From: an uncultured Verrucomicrobiota bacterium
GTDB taxonomy: Bacteria > Verrucomicrobiota > Kiritimatiellia > CAIKKV01 > CAYSLU01
DNA length: 64,000 nt
Direction of reading: 5' to 3'
NCBI GenBank assembly: GCA_964431965.1
Contig: CAYSLU010000013.1
Coordinates: 899-64,898, forward strand
Under the pieces are notes generated by a model. It made no database searches. It saw only the letters and a list, made by a program, of their open reading frames with translations, and was not told the DNA's origin. Shown here piece by piece: positions 36,243-45,316 of the stretch (the first letter of the stretch is position 1; every line of letters begins with the position of its first letter). The translations under genes and the position numbers were made by a program.

Positions 36243-37457
36243 TCATGGGGTCTCCGGTCTGCGGGACGGGGCATCGACCAGCTGGTCCAGCGGCGTGCCG
36301 TCGGCGGGCACGGCCTGGCGCCAGAAGTCCGCGCTGGCTTTCATTCGCGCGAGTATGTCATCCGGAGCGTCCGCCGTTCCGCTGAACGCCTCGATGGTCA
36401 GGAAGATATCCGCGCAGCGGGGCGGCATCAGCGGATCGGGCGGCCGCTCGTACGATGCCTTCAGGGCGCGCAGCACCCGGTGCGGGTCAATGATCCCGGC
36501 GGCGTTGTGCTCGGCGGTGAACGGCTTGTGGGCGGAGGATGTGCCATCTGTCTGCTGCAGGTGCACGATGGGCGAGTAGCAGCCCAGCCGGTCGAGCCAC
36601 TGATACGGATCACCGTCCTCGTGCGAGGCGAACAGGTGCGGATGCTCCGCGGCATCGGCCAGCACGTCGGCGACCGCGCGGTCCTGCCCGGCTGCGCCCG
36701 CGCCGGCCGCGGCGCGCAGCGCCGCCCGGGCGCGCTCGGATCCAGCCCATGGCATCCGGGCCGGCGGCGAGCCCGGCGCGCCGGCTCGCAGCCAGGCCGT
36801 CAGCGCCTCTCCGGTCGGCCGCAGGAATCGGCGCTGTCCGTACTGGTGCCCGACGTCGATGGTGACGTAGAGGGGGCAGCCGCGGCGGCGCAGGACGCCG
36901 GCGAGCATCGCGTGCGTGCCCGCGAGGGTCCATGGCGGCTGATGGGGCGAGTACATCTGCTCCACCCCCACGGTGGTGGCGCCCGCTTCGGCGCCATAGG
37001 CGGCGGCCTGCGCGAGCCGGTCGTACAGGTCCTGCTCCGCTTCCTCGAAGCGGGCCCGATCGTTCAGAACCGACTGCGGGAAGGCGTGGGCGAAGAAGCC
37101 CAGGCCCGCGTGGAGCCGACCGGCGGCCTCTGCCATGGGCTTGATCCACTGCGTCAGCAGGTGATCGCGCACCCGCCGGTCAGTGTGGGCCAGGCCGAGC
37201 GTCGCATAGGTTCCGTGCCCGGAGTAGAGGCTGACTACACGAGCGCCGGTCCGGGCCTGGGCCTCCTGGACGGCGGCGATCCAGTCGTGGCGATAGGCGG
37301 CCGGCGCGTACAGGGGATCGCACTCATTGTCCGCGCTGGCCTCGATGCAGGACAGGCCCAGTTCGTCGCGCACGATCCGGAACCACTCGTCGGGGGTCGT
37401 CCAGCGCTTTGAGGCAAAGCAGTTGTCGACGGACAGATGGATGCGCGGGTAGTTCAC
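36243..37457 (-). CDS. sugar phosphate isomerase/epimerase (xylose-isomerase-like TIM barrel)
   Basis: Composition and length (404 aa) fit the AP-endonuclease-2/xylose-isomerase-like TIM barrel family. It is the first gene of a minus-strand four-gene cluster. Confidence 0.65.
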   Translation of the reverse strand: MNYPRIHLSVDNCFASKRWTTPDEWFRIVRDELGLSCIEASADNECDPLYAPAAYRHDWIAAVQEAQARTGARVVSLYSGHGTYATLGLAHTDRRVRDHLLTQWIKPMAEAAGRLHAGLGFFAHAFPQSVLNDRARFEEAEQDLYDRLAQAAAYGAEAGATTVGVEQMYSPHQPPWTLAGTHAMLAGVLRRRGCPLYVTIDVGHQYGQRRFLRPTGEALTAWLRAGAPGSPPARMPWAGSERARAALRAAAGAGAAGQDRAVADVLADAAEHPHLFASHEDGDPYQWLDRLGCYSPIVHLQQTDGTSSAHKPFTAEHNAAGIIDPHRVLRALKASYERPPDPLMPPRCADIFLTIEAFSGTADAPDDILARMKASADFWRQAVPADGTPLDQLVDAPSRRPETP

Positions 37458-37680
37458 GCGGCATCGTCCGTCGTCGAGCTTCTTTCGCGTGAGCGATCAG
37501 TCAGCATGGCATCCGTGCACAGGCCGGTGGTTGAGACATCGGGCTAAAGTAGACTGCACGAACGGGTTTGGCAAGGACTGGAGAACTGGGGTCGTGCACG
37601 TCTCTCTGGACATTCGGCCGCACGGCTGGCTAGAGTGCGAGCGTGCAGCCGGAACGGAAACTGCGAAGACGGAGGATATC

Positions 37681-39765
37681 ATGAGCACATGGTGGAGGGT
37701 GGTGGCCATTGCGATGGCGGCGCTGATGGGCGTGGCTCCGTCAGCCGGGGCGGCCGGCGGCTTGCCGGGCGACGCCGAGGCGGCCACGCACGGCGACGAG
37801 GCGGCCACTCTTCAAGTGGTCAAGGAGACCGTCGAGAGCCAGCCGGACTTCGTGTTCCGGCAGTACAATCTGGCCGTGCTCTCGCACTATTCGTATCTGA
37901 TCGGCAGCGGCGGCGAGGCGATTGTGGTCGACCCGGCGCGGGATATCAGCCGGTACCTCAAGGACGCCGCGGAGCTGAAGCTGAAGATCAAGTACGTCTA
38001 CCTCACGCACTCGCACGCCGACTTCGTCGCCGGCCACATGGAGCTGCGCAAGGCCACCGGCGCGGAGGTGGTGATGAATGAGGACGCGGGCGCGCTCTTC
38101 CCGCACCGGCGCGTGCGCGAGGGCGACGAGATCCGGGTCGGCTCGGTGCGCGGGATCGTGATGGCGACGCCGGGCCACACGCCCGACGGCACGTGCCTGT
38201 GCGTGTTCCGGCCCGCGGATGCGCCGGCGCCGGCGTTCGTCTGCACGGGGGATACGCTGTTCATCGGCAGCGTCGGACGCCCCGACCTGATGGGCGAGGG
38301 CATGAGCGCGGCCACGCTGGCGCGCCAGGCGTTCCGGTCGTGGACCGACAAGCTGGCGAAGCTGCCCGATGCGACGCGGATCTTCCCGGCGCACGGCGCG
38401 GGGTCGCTGTGCGGCGCGCACCTGAGCGACAAGCCCGTGTCGACGATCGGCGAGCAGCGGCGGGAGAACCCGTACCTGCAGCACGCCGGCGTCAACTCGT
38501 TCGTGATGGCCATGATCGACGGCCTGCCGGCCGCGCCCCAGTACTTCGCCCACAACGCGAAGATGAATCACGACGGTCCTCCGCTCGTGGACTGGTCGGA
38601 GAGCCTGCCTCGCCCGCTCAAGCCGACGGTGGTCTCGGAACTGCCCGACATGGGCGCTTGGATTATCGACCTCCGGGACTCGGTGGCCTTCGCCGCCGGC
38701 CATCCGAAGGATGCGATCAACATCGGCATTCGCGGGCGCTTCGAGACGTGGACCGGCATGATGATCCCGTGGGGCGAGCCGATCGTGCTGGCCGGGTCCG
38801 ACGATGAGGTCAAGGAGGCGAGGTTCCGGCTGCACCGGATCGGGTACGACCGGCTGGCGGGCTACCTCGAGGGCGGAGTGGACGCGTGGAAGAAGGAGAA
38901 GCTGCGGATGCCGACGCTGACTCTGCTCCAGCCGGCGGATCTGTACGCACGCATGCGGGCCGGGACAGCCCCGGTGATCGTGGACGTACGCCTGCCGACC
39001 GAGTGGATGGGCCTGCGGATCGGCGATGTGCTGAACATTCCCGTCAACCGGCTGTTCATCGACGGCCGTCGGCTGGACTCCTCGATGCCTGTTCTGACGG
39101 TGTGCAACTCGGCTTATCGGTCGAGCATGGGGGCCTCGGTGCTGCAGAAGATGGGCTTCACGAACCTGTTCAACCTGGCAGGCGGCAGCGAGGCCTGGAT
39201 CGCCGCCGGGCTTCCGACTCTGAGCGCTCCGGCTGCTGGCGGGCCTGCGGCCCCGGCGGGCGCGGCCGCTTCCGGGAGCCGCGTCAATCTGCCGGAAGGA
39301 GTTGGCGCCCCGGATCTGGCGCAGCGGCTGATGGATCTGCCGGGAACGGTCGAGATCGTGGACATCCGGCCGGCTTGGCAGTTCGCCGAGTTCAGCATCC
39401 CGGGGTCCGCCAATGTGTCCGTCGAGCAACTGCTGCTGTCGCCGGTATCGCCCGCACCGGCTGACGCGCGACCGCTGGTCATCGTATCGCGCGACGGCTA
39501 TGTGGCCGCCGCCGCGGGCGGCGTGCTGAGCCAGAGAAGCGGGCGCTCGATCCGGTACCTGGTGGGAGGGGCTCAGCAGTACTACGATCAGGTGATGCGC
39601 CCCGCCGGCATCATGAGCGAGAAGTCGCCCCTGCCGGCCGTCTCCCCGCCGCCGGCGGCCCCGAAGCCCGGCGCCCCTGCTGCGGCGCCCCCGCCCGCGG
39701 CGCCCCCGTCGCCACCGGCTGCATCACCGCCGGTGGCTGCACCGAAGAAAAGCGCGGGCTGCTGA
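37681..39765 (+). CDS. secreted CstB-like persulfide dioxygenase (ETHE1-type MBL domain) fused to rhodanese domains, with a Pro/Ala-rich C-terminal tail
   Basis: The ATG at 37681 has GGAGG 6 nt upstream. A signal peptide is present (MSTWWRVVAIAMAALMGVAPSAGAAGG). The MBL motifs are YLTHSHADFVAGH and GDTLFIGSVGRPDL. Three rhodanese-like modules follow, and only the middle one has an active-site Cys (TVCNSAYRS). The C-terminus is PPAAPKPGAPAAAPPPAAPPSPPAASPPVAAPKKSAGC. Confidence 0.75.
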   Translation: MSTWWRVVAIAMAALMGVAPSAGAAGGLPGDAEAATHGDEAATLQVVKETVESQPDFVFRQYNLAVLSHYSYLIGSGGEAIVVDPARDISRYLKDAAELKLKIKYVYLTHSHADFVAGHMELRKATGAEVVMNEDAGALFPHRRVREGDEIRVGSVRGIVMATPGHTPDGTCLCVFRPADAPAPAFVCTGDTLFIGSVGRPDLMGEGMSAATLARQAFRSWTDKLAKLPDATRIFPAHGAGSLCGAHLSDKPVSTIGEQRRENPYLQHAGVNSFVMAMIDGLPAAPQYFAHNAKMNHDGPPLVDWSESLPRPLKPTVVSELPDMGAWIIDLRDSVAFAAGHPKDAINIGIRGRFETWTGMMIPWGEPIVLAGSDDEVKEARFRLHRIGYDRLAGYLEGGVDAWKKEKLRMPTLTLLQPADLYARMRAGTAPVIVDVRLPTEWMGLRIGDVLNIPVNRLFIDGRRLDSSMPVLTVCNSAYRSSMGASVLQKMGFTNLFNLAGGSEAWIAAGLPTLSAPAAGGPAAPAGAAASGSRVNLPEGVGAPDLAQRLMDLPGTVEIVDIRPAWQFAEFSIPGSANVSVEQLLLSPVSPAPADARPLVIVSRDGYVAAAAGGVLSQRSGRSIRYLVGGAQQYYDQVMRPAGIMSEKSPLPAVSPPPAAPKPGAPAAAPPPAAPPSPPAASPPVAAPKKSAGC

Positions 39766-39778
39766 GGAGGGAAATCTC

Positions 39779-40306
39779 ATGGCTTCCGATAATCGACATG
39801 TGCCGTACTGGTCGCCCTACGCGGCCGGTTTTGGCTTGGGCGTGACGCTGTTGCTGTCGTTCTGGCTGCTGGGCGCCGGGCTGGGGGCGTCGGGCGGCCT
39901 GGCGCGGATGGCCGCATGGGCTCAGCACCTGGTCGCTCCGGCGCGCGTGGAGGCATCGGCCTATTTCGGGCCGTGGTTCGCGGCAGGCGCGCCGCACGTG
40001 CTGGCCTATTACCTGGTATTCATGGCCGTCGGCGTGTTCGTCGGGGGGCTCCTCTCGGCGATCGGGTCGGGGCGCGTCCGCCCGATGGTGGAGCGCGGGC
40101 CGCGCGTGACGCCGGGCGTCCGCCTGGCGCTGGCGCTGGCGGGCGGGGTGATCGTGGGGTTCGCCAGCCGGCTGGCTCGGGGCTGCACCTCGGGGCAGGC
40201 CCTTACGGGAACCGCGATGCTCCTGACGGGAAGCGTGATCTTCCTGGTCTGCATCTTTATCGGCGCCTACCTGACGGCATTCTTTGTGCGGAGGGAATGG
40301 CTGTGA
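39779..40306 (+). CDS. YeeE/YedE-family (Sulf_transp, TsuA-like) sulfur-compound transporter, first half
   Basis: The protein is 175 aa with four TM helices and the conserved LARGCTSGQ cysteine motif. Its last 10 nt overlap the start of the next gene. Confidence 0.8.
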   Translation: MASDNRHVPYWSPYAAGFGLGVTLLLSFWLLGAGLGASGGLARMAAWAQHLVAPARVEASAYFGPWFAAGAPHVLAYYLVFMAVGVFVGGLLSAIGSGRVRPMVERGPRVTPGVRLALALAGGVIVGFASRLARGCTSGQALTGTAMLLTGSVIFLVCIFIGAYLTAFFVRREWL

Positions 40307-42339
40307 GCGGAACCCTTTACTCCCTCGACATGCTGAACACGCCGGTCGGATTCGCCATGGCCGGCCTGATCGGAATCCTGTTCGGCCTGTTCCTCGAGCA
40401 GGCCGGCTTCGGCAGCAGCCGGCGCCTCACGGGCATTTTCTACTTCCGGGACATGGCCGTGCTGAAGGTGATGTTCACGGCGGTGGTGACGGCCATGGTG
40501 GGCTACCCGTATCTGTCGGCGTTCGGCTGGGTGAAGCCGGGACAGCTCTATCTGCTGGACACGTACTGGGGCGCCCAGATCGTGGGCGGGCTCATCTTTG
40601 GCGTCGGCTTTGTGATGGGCGGCTGGTGCCCGGGCACCGCCTTTGTGGGGCTGGCCAGCGCCAAGTGGGATGCCTTGGTGTTCCTGGCTGGCGCCGTGGG
40701 CGGCTCCGTCCTGTTCAGCGAGGTGTATCCGGCGGTCGAGCGGCTGTACAACGGCCAGTGCGCCGGGCCGCTCTTCCTGGCCGACTCGCTTGGCGTCTCG
40801 ACGCCGGCTGTCGTGTTGGGCATGTGCATCGCGGCCGTGCTGGCGTTTGCGGGCGCGACATGGCTGGAGAGCCGGTTCGGCGAGCGTCCCCGGCCCGAGG
40901 CGGGGGAGCGGCTGCGGAACCGGCTGGCTGCGCTGGCGCTGATGGCGCTGGCGGCCGGCACGTTCGCGCTTCCGGCGCCCAGAGCGGCCGGCGGGGGAGA
41001 GGCGACGGCTACCGCGGCGCCGGCCCGCGGGGCGGCAGATGCCGGCCTTCTGGCTGCGGTGGACCGGGGCGAGGATCACGTGGAGCCGCTGGATCTGGCC
41101 GCGCGCATGATGGCCGGGGAGCCCGGCCTGACCGTGGTGGACATCCGGTCGCCTGAAGCGTTCTCCTCGTTTCACCTGCGCGGGGCGGTGAGCATCCCTC
41201 TCGACCGGCTGATGGCCGAGGCGGCGGGGCGGGTGCCGAGGACGGGCACGGTCGTCCTCTACTCAAACGGCACGACGCACGCGGCGCAGGCCTGGATGGC
41301 CCTGCGCCAGGCGGGGTGGACGAACGTGCTCGTGCTGACCGACGGGATTCTCGCGTTCTGGCGCGAGTGCCTGACGCCGCCCTCGCTCGCCGACGTCACC
41401 GACGAGCGGTCGGCGCGCGCGCAGTCCGCGGCATTCGCTGCTCGACGGGCGTGGTTTCTCGCCCCTGCAGCGCCGGCCAAGCCGGCGCCCCAGCCGCCGC
41501 CTCCTCCCGCGCTGGCAGAGCCCGGCCTCGCAGCCCGCGTGGTGTCCACGGACTGGCTGGCCTCCGAGCTCGACGATCCGCGGATCCGCATCGTCGACGC
41601 GCGGGCCAAGAGCACGGCGTATACGACGGCGCACCTTCCCGGCGCCGTGTACCTGGGATACGACGGGGTGCGCGGGACCGTGGAAGGCAGCCCCACGATG
41701 GTGCTTCCGGCCGCCGAGCTGGCCGGAGTCTTCGGTCGGCTGGGGATCGCCACGGGCCACACCGTGATCGTGTACAGCGACACGATTCGCGACGCGACGC
41801 TGGTCGGCATGGCGCTCGCGCGGGTGGGGCATCGCTCGTTCGCGATTCTTCACGGCGGGTACGACAAGTGGGTGGCCGAGAAGCGGCCGGTGACGTCGGC
41901 CATCCCGGTGGTTGCGGCGGCGCGCTACGAGCCGACTCCGGGAGCGGATGCCTTCACGGCTTCGACGGAGGACGTCGCGGCCGCGATGCGGGACGGCCGA
42001 ACGGCGATTCTCGATGTGCGTCCGGCGGAGTTCTTCACCGGGAAGAAGACCGACGAGGCGCGAGCGGGGCACATTCCCGGCGCCGTGAACCGCGAGTTCA
42101 AGATGGACCTGCTTCCGGAGAAGGAGCTGTGGCTGTCGGCGGATCTGATCCGCGCCGCCTACGAGAAGCTGGGCATCCGCGAGGATACGCCCGTGATCGT
42201 GCACTGCCGGACCGGGCACCAGGCGAGCCAGACGTATTTCACCCTGAAGCACCTGCTGGGACTGAAGGACGTCCGCTGGTACGACGGCTCCTGGGCCGTG
42301 TGGGCCGCGCGCCCCGACCTGCCGGTCGCGGGCCCCTGA
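40297..42339 (+). CDS. YeeE/YedE second half fused to three rhodanese domains (a single domain plus a tandem thiosulfate-sulfurtransferase-like pair)
   Basis: The ATG is at 40297 (MAVSGTLY...). The membrane half carries the GGWCPG cysteine motif. Rhodanese 1 has no Cys. Rhodaneses 2 and 3 form a TST-like tandem with the catalytic loop VHCRTGHQAS. The 807-aa track ORF starts earlier in noise. Confidence 0.75.
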   Translation: MAVSGTLYSLDMLNTPVGFAMAGLIGILFGLFLEQAGFGSSRRLTGIFYFRDMAVLKVMFTAVVTAMVGYPYLSAFGWVKPGQLYLLDTYWGAQIVGGLIFGVGFVMGGWCPGTAFVGLASAKWDALVFLAGAVGGSVLFSEVYPAVERLYNGQCAGPLFLADSLGVSTPAVVLGMCIAAVLAFAGATWLESRFGERPRPEAGERLRNRLAALALMALAAGTFALPAPRAAGGGEATATAAPARGAADAGLLAAVDRGEDHVEPLDLAARMMAGEPGLTVVDIRSPEAFSSFHLRGAVSIPLDRLMAEAAGRVPRTGTVVLYSNGTTHAAQAWMALRQAGWTNVLVLTDGILAFWRECLTPPSLADVTDERSARAQSAAFAARRAWFLAPAAPAKPAPQPPPPPALAEPGLAARVVSTDWLASELDDPRIRIVDARAKSTAYTTAHLPGAVYLGYDGVRGTVEGSPTMVLPAAELAGVFGRLGIATGHTVIVYSDTIRDATLVGMALARVGHRSFAILHGGYDKWVAEKRPVTSAIPVVAAARYEPTPGADAFTASTEDVAAAMRDGRTAILDVRPAEFFTGKKTDEARAGHIPGAVNREFKMDLLPEKELWLSADLIRAAYEKLGIREDTPVIVHCRTGHQASQTYFTLKHLLGLKDVRWYDGSWAVWAARPDLPVAGP

Positions 42340-42352
42340 GGGGGGAGATGGC

Positions 42353-43579
42353 ATGCAGCCCGATGACGTTGCTGGACCGCCGCTCCCGGAGCGCCACCCC
42401 GCCGTGCGGGAGAAGGCGCGGATCGTGCGGGTCGAGGTGTCGCCCGCGACGCTGATCCAGATCATCCTCGTCGTGGCCGGCGTGTGGCTGCTGATCCGGC
42501 TTTGGCCGGTCTTCCTCGTTCTGGTCGTCGCGCTCCTCATCGTCGGAACGATGAGTCCGGCGGTCCGGTGGATGGAGGCGCGCCGCGTCAGCCGCGGCCT
42601 GGGGATAGCCGTCGTTTTCAGCATCCTCCTCCTCGTTGCGATTCTCGCCCTGACGCTGACGGTTCCCTCGCTGGTGGTGCAGGTCTCCGAGCTGGTCGAG
42701 AAGGAGCCCGCGTTCCGCGCGCACCTGGCGGACCATCTCGCGCGCTCCAACCTGACCGCGCCGCTGGCGGGCTGGCTGCAGACGGTCACGTACGACGATC
42801 CCCTGAGTGCCGTCAGCGCGTCGGCGTTCGCCTTCCTGCGTCGCATCTTCGAGATCGCCGCATACGGCGCGAGCGCGATCTTCCTCGCGCTGTACGTCAT
42901 GATCGACCGCGACCGGCTTCGCGGCGGGCTGTTCGCGGCCGTTCCGCGGTCGCATCACATCCGCCTCGCGCGTGTCATGATGAACCTGGAGACGATCGTC
43001 GGCGCGTACATCCGGGGGCAGATGATGACCTGCCTGCTCATGTCGGTCTTCGCGTTCATCCTGCTGGTGGCCTGCGGCGTCCCGAACGCGCTGGCGCTGG
43101 CCGTTCTGGCGGGGCTTGTGGATGTCCTGCCGTACGTGGGCGCCCTCCTGGCGATGGGGCCGATGGTCCTTGCGGCGCTGGCGCGCGGCCCGGCCGTCGC
43201 GGCGATCGTCCTGCTGGTCATGTTCGCATACCAGGAGTTCGAGAGCCGCGTGCTGGTTCCCCGAATCTATGGGCGGACGATGAGGCTTCCGTCGTCGGTC
43301 GTGCTCTTCGCGCTTCTGACGGGCGGGATGATGATGGGGGTGCTCGGCGCGCTCCTGGCGCTCCCCGTGGCGGCGACCGTCATGATGCTCATCGAGGAGC
43401 TTCGCGTCGAGTTGCCGGGCCAGCAGGAGCAGGTTGCGGACGTGGAGCAGCGGGTCGGCGACGCGCGCGCGGAGGAAGAGTACGAGCGCCGGACAGAGGG
43501 CGTGCCGGCCGAGCAGGCCGCCGCCATTGCCGTCGAAATGTCAGACGACCGGCGCAAGGAGCATGAAGAGGACCCATGA
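42353..43579 (+). CDS. AI-2E family (PerM/UPF0118) transporter
   Basis: It has eight predicted TM helices in the typical AI-2E topology and an acidic C-terminal tail. Length is 408 aa. Confidence 0.8.
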   Translation: MQPDDVAGPPLPERHPAVREKARIVRVEVSPATLIQIILVVAGVWLLIRLWPVFLVLVVALLIVGTMSPAVRWMEARRVSRGLGIAVVFSILLLVAILALTLTVPSLVVQVSELVEKEPAFRAHLADHLARSNLTAPLAGWLQTVTYDDPLSAVSASAFAFLRRIFEIAAYGASAIFLALYVMIDRDRLRGGLFAAVPRSHHIRLARVMMNLETIVGAYIRGQMMTCLLMSVFAFILLVACGVPNALALAVLAGLVDVLPYVGALLAMGPMVLAALARGPAVAAIVLLVMFAYQEFESRVLVPRIYGRTMRLPSSVVLFALLTGGMMMGVLGALLALPVAATVMMLIEELRVELPGQQEQVADVEQRVGDARAEEEYERRTEGVPAEQAAAIAVEMSDDRRKEHEEDP

Positions 43580-43778
43580 CCGGAAGGCCCGAATCCTGGC
43601 GGTTGCGATCCGCCCCGGTCTGCCCGTCATCCTCTGCTCGGGGTTCAGCGAGCGGACCCAGCACCTGTCGGCGCGCGACGGCGTGGCGCGGGTGCTGGAC
43701 AAGCCCGTGAGCGCGAAGGAGCGGGCGCAGGCGCTCCGAGAGACGCTCGACGGTGCCGTCGCCGCCGCGAGCGCGTGA
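43563..43778 (+). pseudogene. orphan C-terminal fragment of a receiver (REC) domain
   Basis: The ORF tail RILAVAIRPGLPVILCSGFSERTQHLSARDGVARVLDKPVS matches only the beta4-alpha4-beta5 part of a receiver (T/S, then K in ...KPV). No N-terminal acidic pocket is encoded upstream. Confidence 0.3.
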
Positions 43779-43935
43779 CCCGCTACAGCTTCCCGAGCGC
43801 CCCGCCCTGTCCACCGCGCGGCCATCCGTGGGCGGGCTCCACATCGGCTGTCGCCGTCTTGGCGATGGAGAGACGGTTTGCGCTTCGTCCGCCGCGCCCA
43901 ACAGCCGGTCTCAACCATCACGGCTCACGCGACGG

Positions 43936-43965
43936 TTGACTCAGCTTCCTGGCACGTCGTAGGCT
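43936..43965 (+). promoter_or_regulatory. candidate promoter for the GT2 gene
   Basis: TTGACT, an 18-nt spacer and TAGGCT lie about 90 nt upstream of the ATG at 44054. The same stretch, CTGGCACGTCGTAGGCT, also partly matches a sigma-54 -24/-12 element (TGGCACG-N4-TTGCW). Confidence 0.3.
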
Positions 43966-44053
43966 CCCGGACAGCTGGCAGGATGCGTTGCATGCTGTGG
44001 AGTCTGACTCGTGCGCGAGAGAGCTTCCTTCACCGAAGCGCAATGGATGGACC

Positions 44054-45025
44054 ATGACTGATACTCCGCTGATTTCAATCATCATTCCGGCGCGCAATGA
44101 GGAAGGCAGTATTCCGCGCTTGGCGGACGAGGTGCACGCGGCTTTGGATGGGTTGCCGTACCGCTTTGAGTTCATCGTGGTCGACAACCACAGCACCGAC
44201 CGGACGGGCGCGCTGGTGAAGGACCTCTGCCGGCGCGATCCACGCTGGAAGTACCTGCGGTTCAGCCGCGACTTTACGGTTGAGATGTCCATCACGGCCG
44301 GCTACCGCTACGCCTCGGGTGACGCCATGGTTGTCCTGTACTCCGACCTTCAGGATCCTCCGGCCGCCATTCCCAGCCTGATTGCCAAGTGGCGCGAGGG
44401 CCATGACGTCGTGTACGGCGTGCGCACCCGGCGCCCGGGCGACCCCGCATGGCGCAATCTGGCGGTGAAGATCGCCTATCGGCTGATCACGTGGTTTTCG
44501 GACGTGAAGATCCCGACGGACGCCGGCGATTTCCGGCTCATCACGCGGCAGGTCCGCGACGCCCTCGAGCAGTGCGGCGAGAACAACCGGTACATGCGCG
44601 GCCTGATCGCCTGGCTGGGATTCCGTCAGGCGGGAGTTCCCTATGAACGCCGGCCCCGCCAGGAGGGCGTCAGCAAAGCGCCCTTCCGGGCCCTGCTGAT
44701 GTTCGCGTTCAACGCCATCACCAGCTTCTCGTTGAAGCCGCTTCGGCTCTTCATGTTCATGGGTGTCATCCTGGTCGCGCTGTCGGCTGTGGCCGCCGTG
44801 GTCTACACCGTGCTCTTCTTCTTCGCTTCGCCCCCGCCCGGCATAACGACGCTGATCATTCTCACGTTTCTCGGCATTGGCCTCAACAGCCTGGGCATCG
44901 GCGTGCTGGGCGAGTACATCGGGCGGACCTACGCGGAGGTCAAGCGGCGTCCCCTCTACATTGTCGAAGAGGCTGTGAATCTGCCGACGCAAAGCGGGTA
45001 CGACAGAACCGGGACTCGCGGGTGA
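44054..45025 (+). CDS. GT2-family polyprenol-phosphate glycosyltransferase (GtrB/ArnC/DPM1-like)
   Basis: ISIIIPARNEE...FIVVDNHSTD is the GT2 DXD region. Two C-terminal TM helices are typical of GtrB-like enzymes. Confidence 0.85.
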   Translation: MTDTPLISIIIPARNEEGSIPRLADEVHAALDGLPYRFEFIVVDNHSTDRTGALVKDLCRRDPRWKYLRFSRDFTVEMSITAGYRYASGDAMVVLYSDLQDPPAAIPSLIAKWREGHDVVYGVRTRRPGDPAWRNLAVKIAYRLITWFSDVKIPTDAGDFRLITRQVRDALEQCGENNRYMRGLIAWLGFRQAGVPYERRPRQEGVSKAPFRALLMFAFNAITSFSLKPLRLFMFMGVILVALSAVAAVVYTVLFFFASPPPGITTLIILTFLGIGLNSLGIGVLGEYIGRTYAEVKRRPLYIVEEAVNLPTQSGYDRTGTRG

Positions 45026-45316
45026 CGGCTCACACATTGACGCTCTTGCTGATCATGTTTCTGGTTGTGTACGCTGTGACCGTCTGCTCCCGCGCCAGAT
45101 CCGCCGACTCGGCGCAAGCAGGATGCCTGCGCCGGAGCGCAAAGGTGCAGCCTTCAAGAGTGCGACCAAGGACTATCACGATGGCGACACGCTGGCTCGA
45201 TGAGATGGCCGGGTTGCGCCTGAGCTCCAGGCTTTGGCGATAGCTTGAGCCTGATGGCGAGTGGTACGCTCCCCTTGCTGTTGGGGCGGACGTGATGGAT
45301 TGCTTTGAGCTGAGGC

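Noticed and set aside
43434-43778. The full 114-aa track ORF as a gene
   Set aside because: The first 40 codons overlap the AI-2E transporter in another frame and translate as noise. Only the C-terminal ~70 aa resemble a receiver domain, so I kept that part as a pseudogene fragment.
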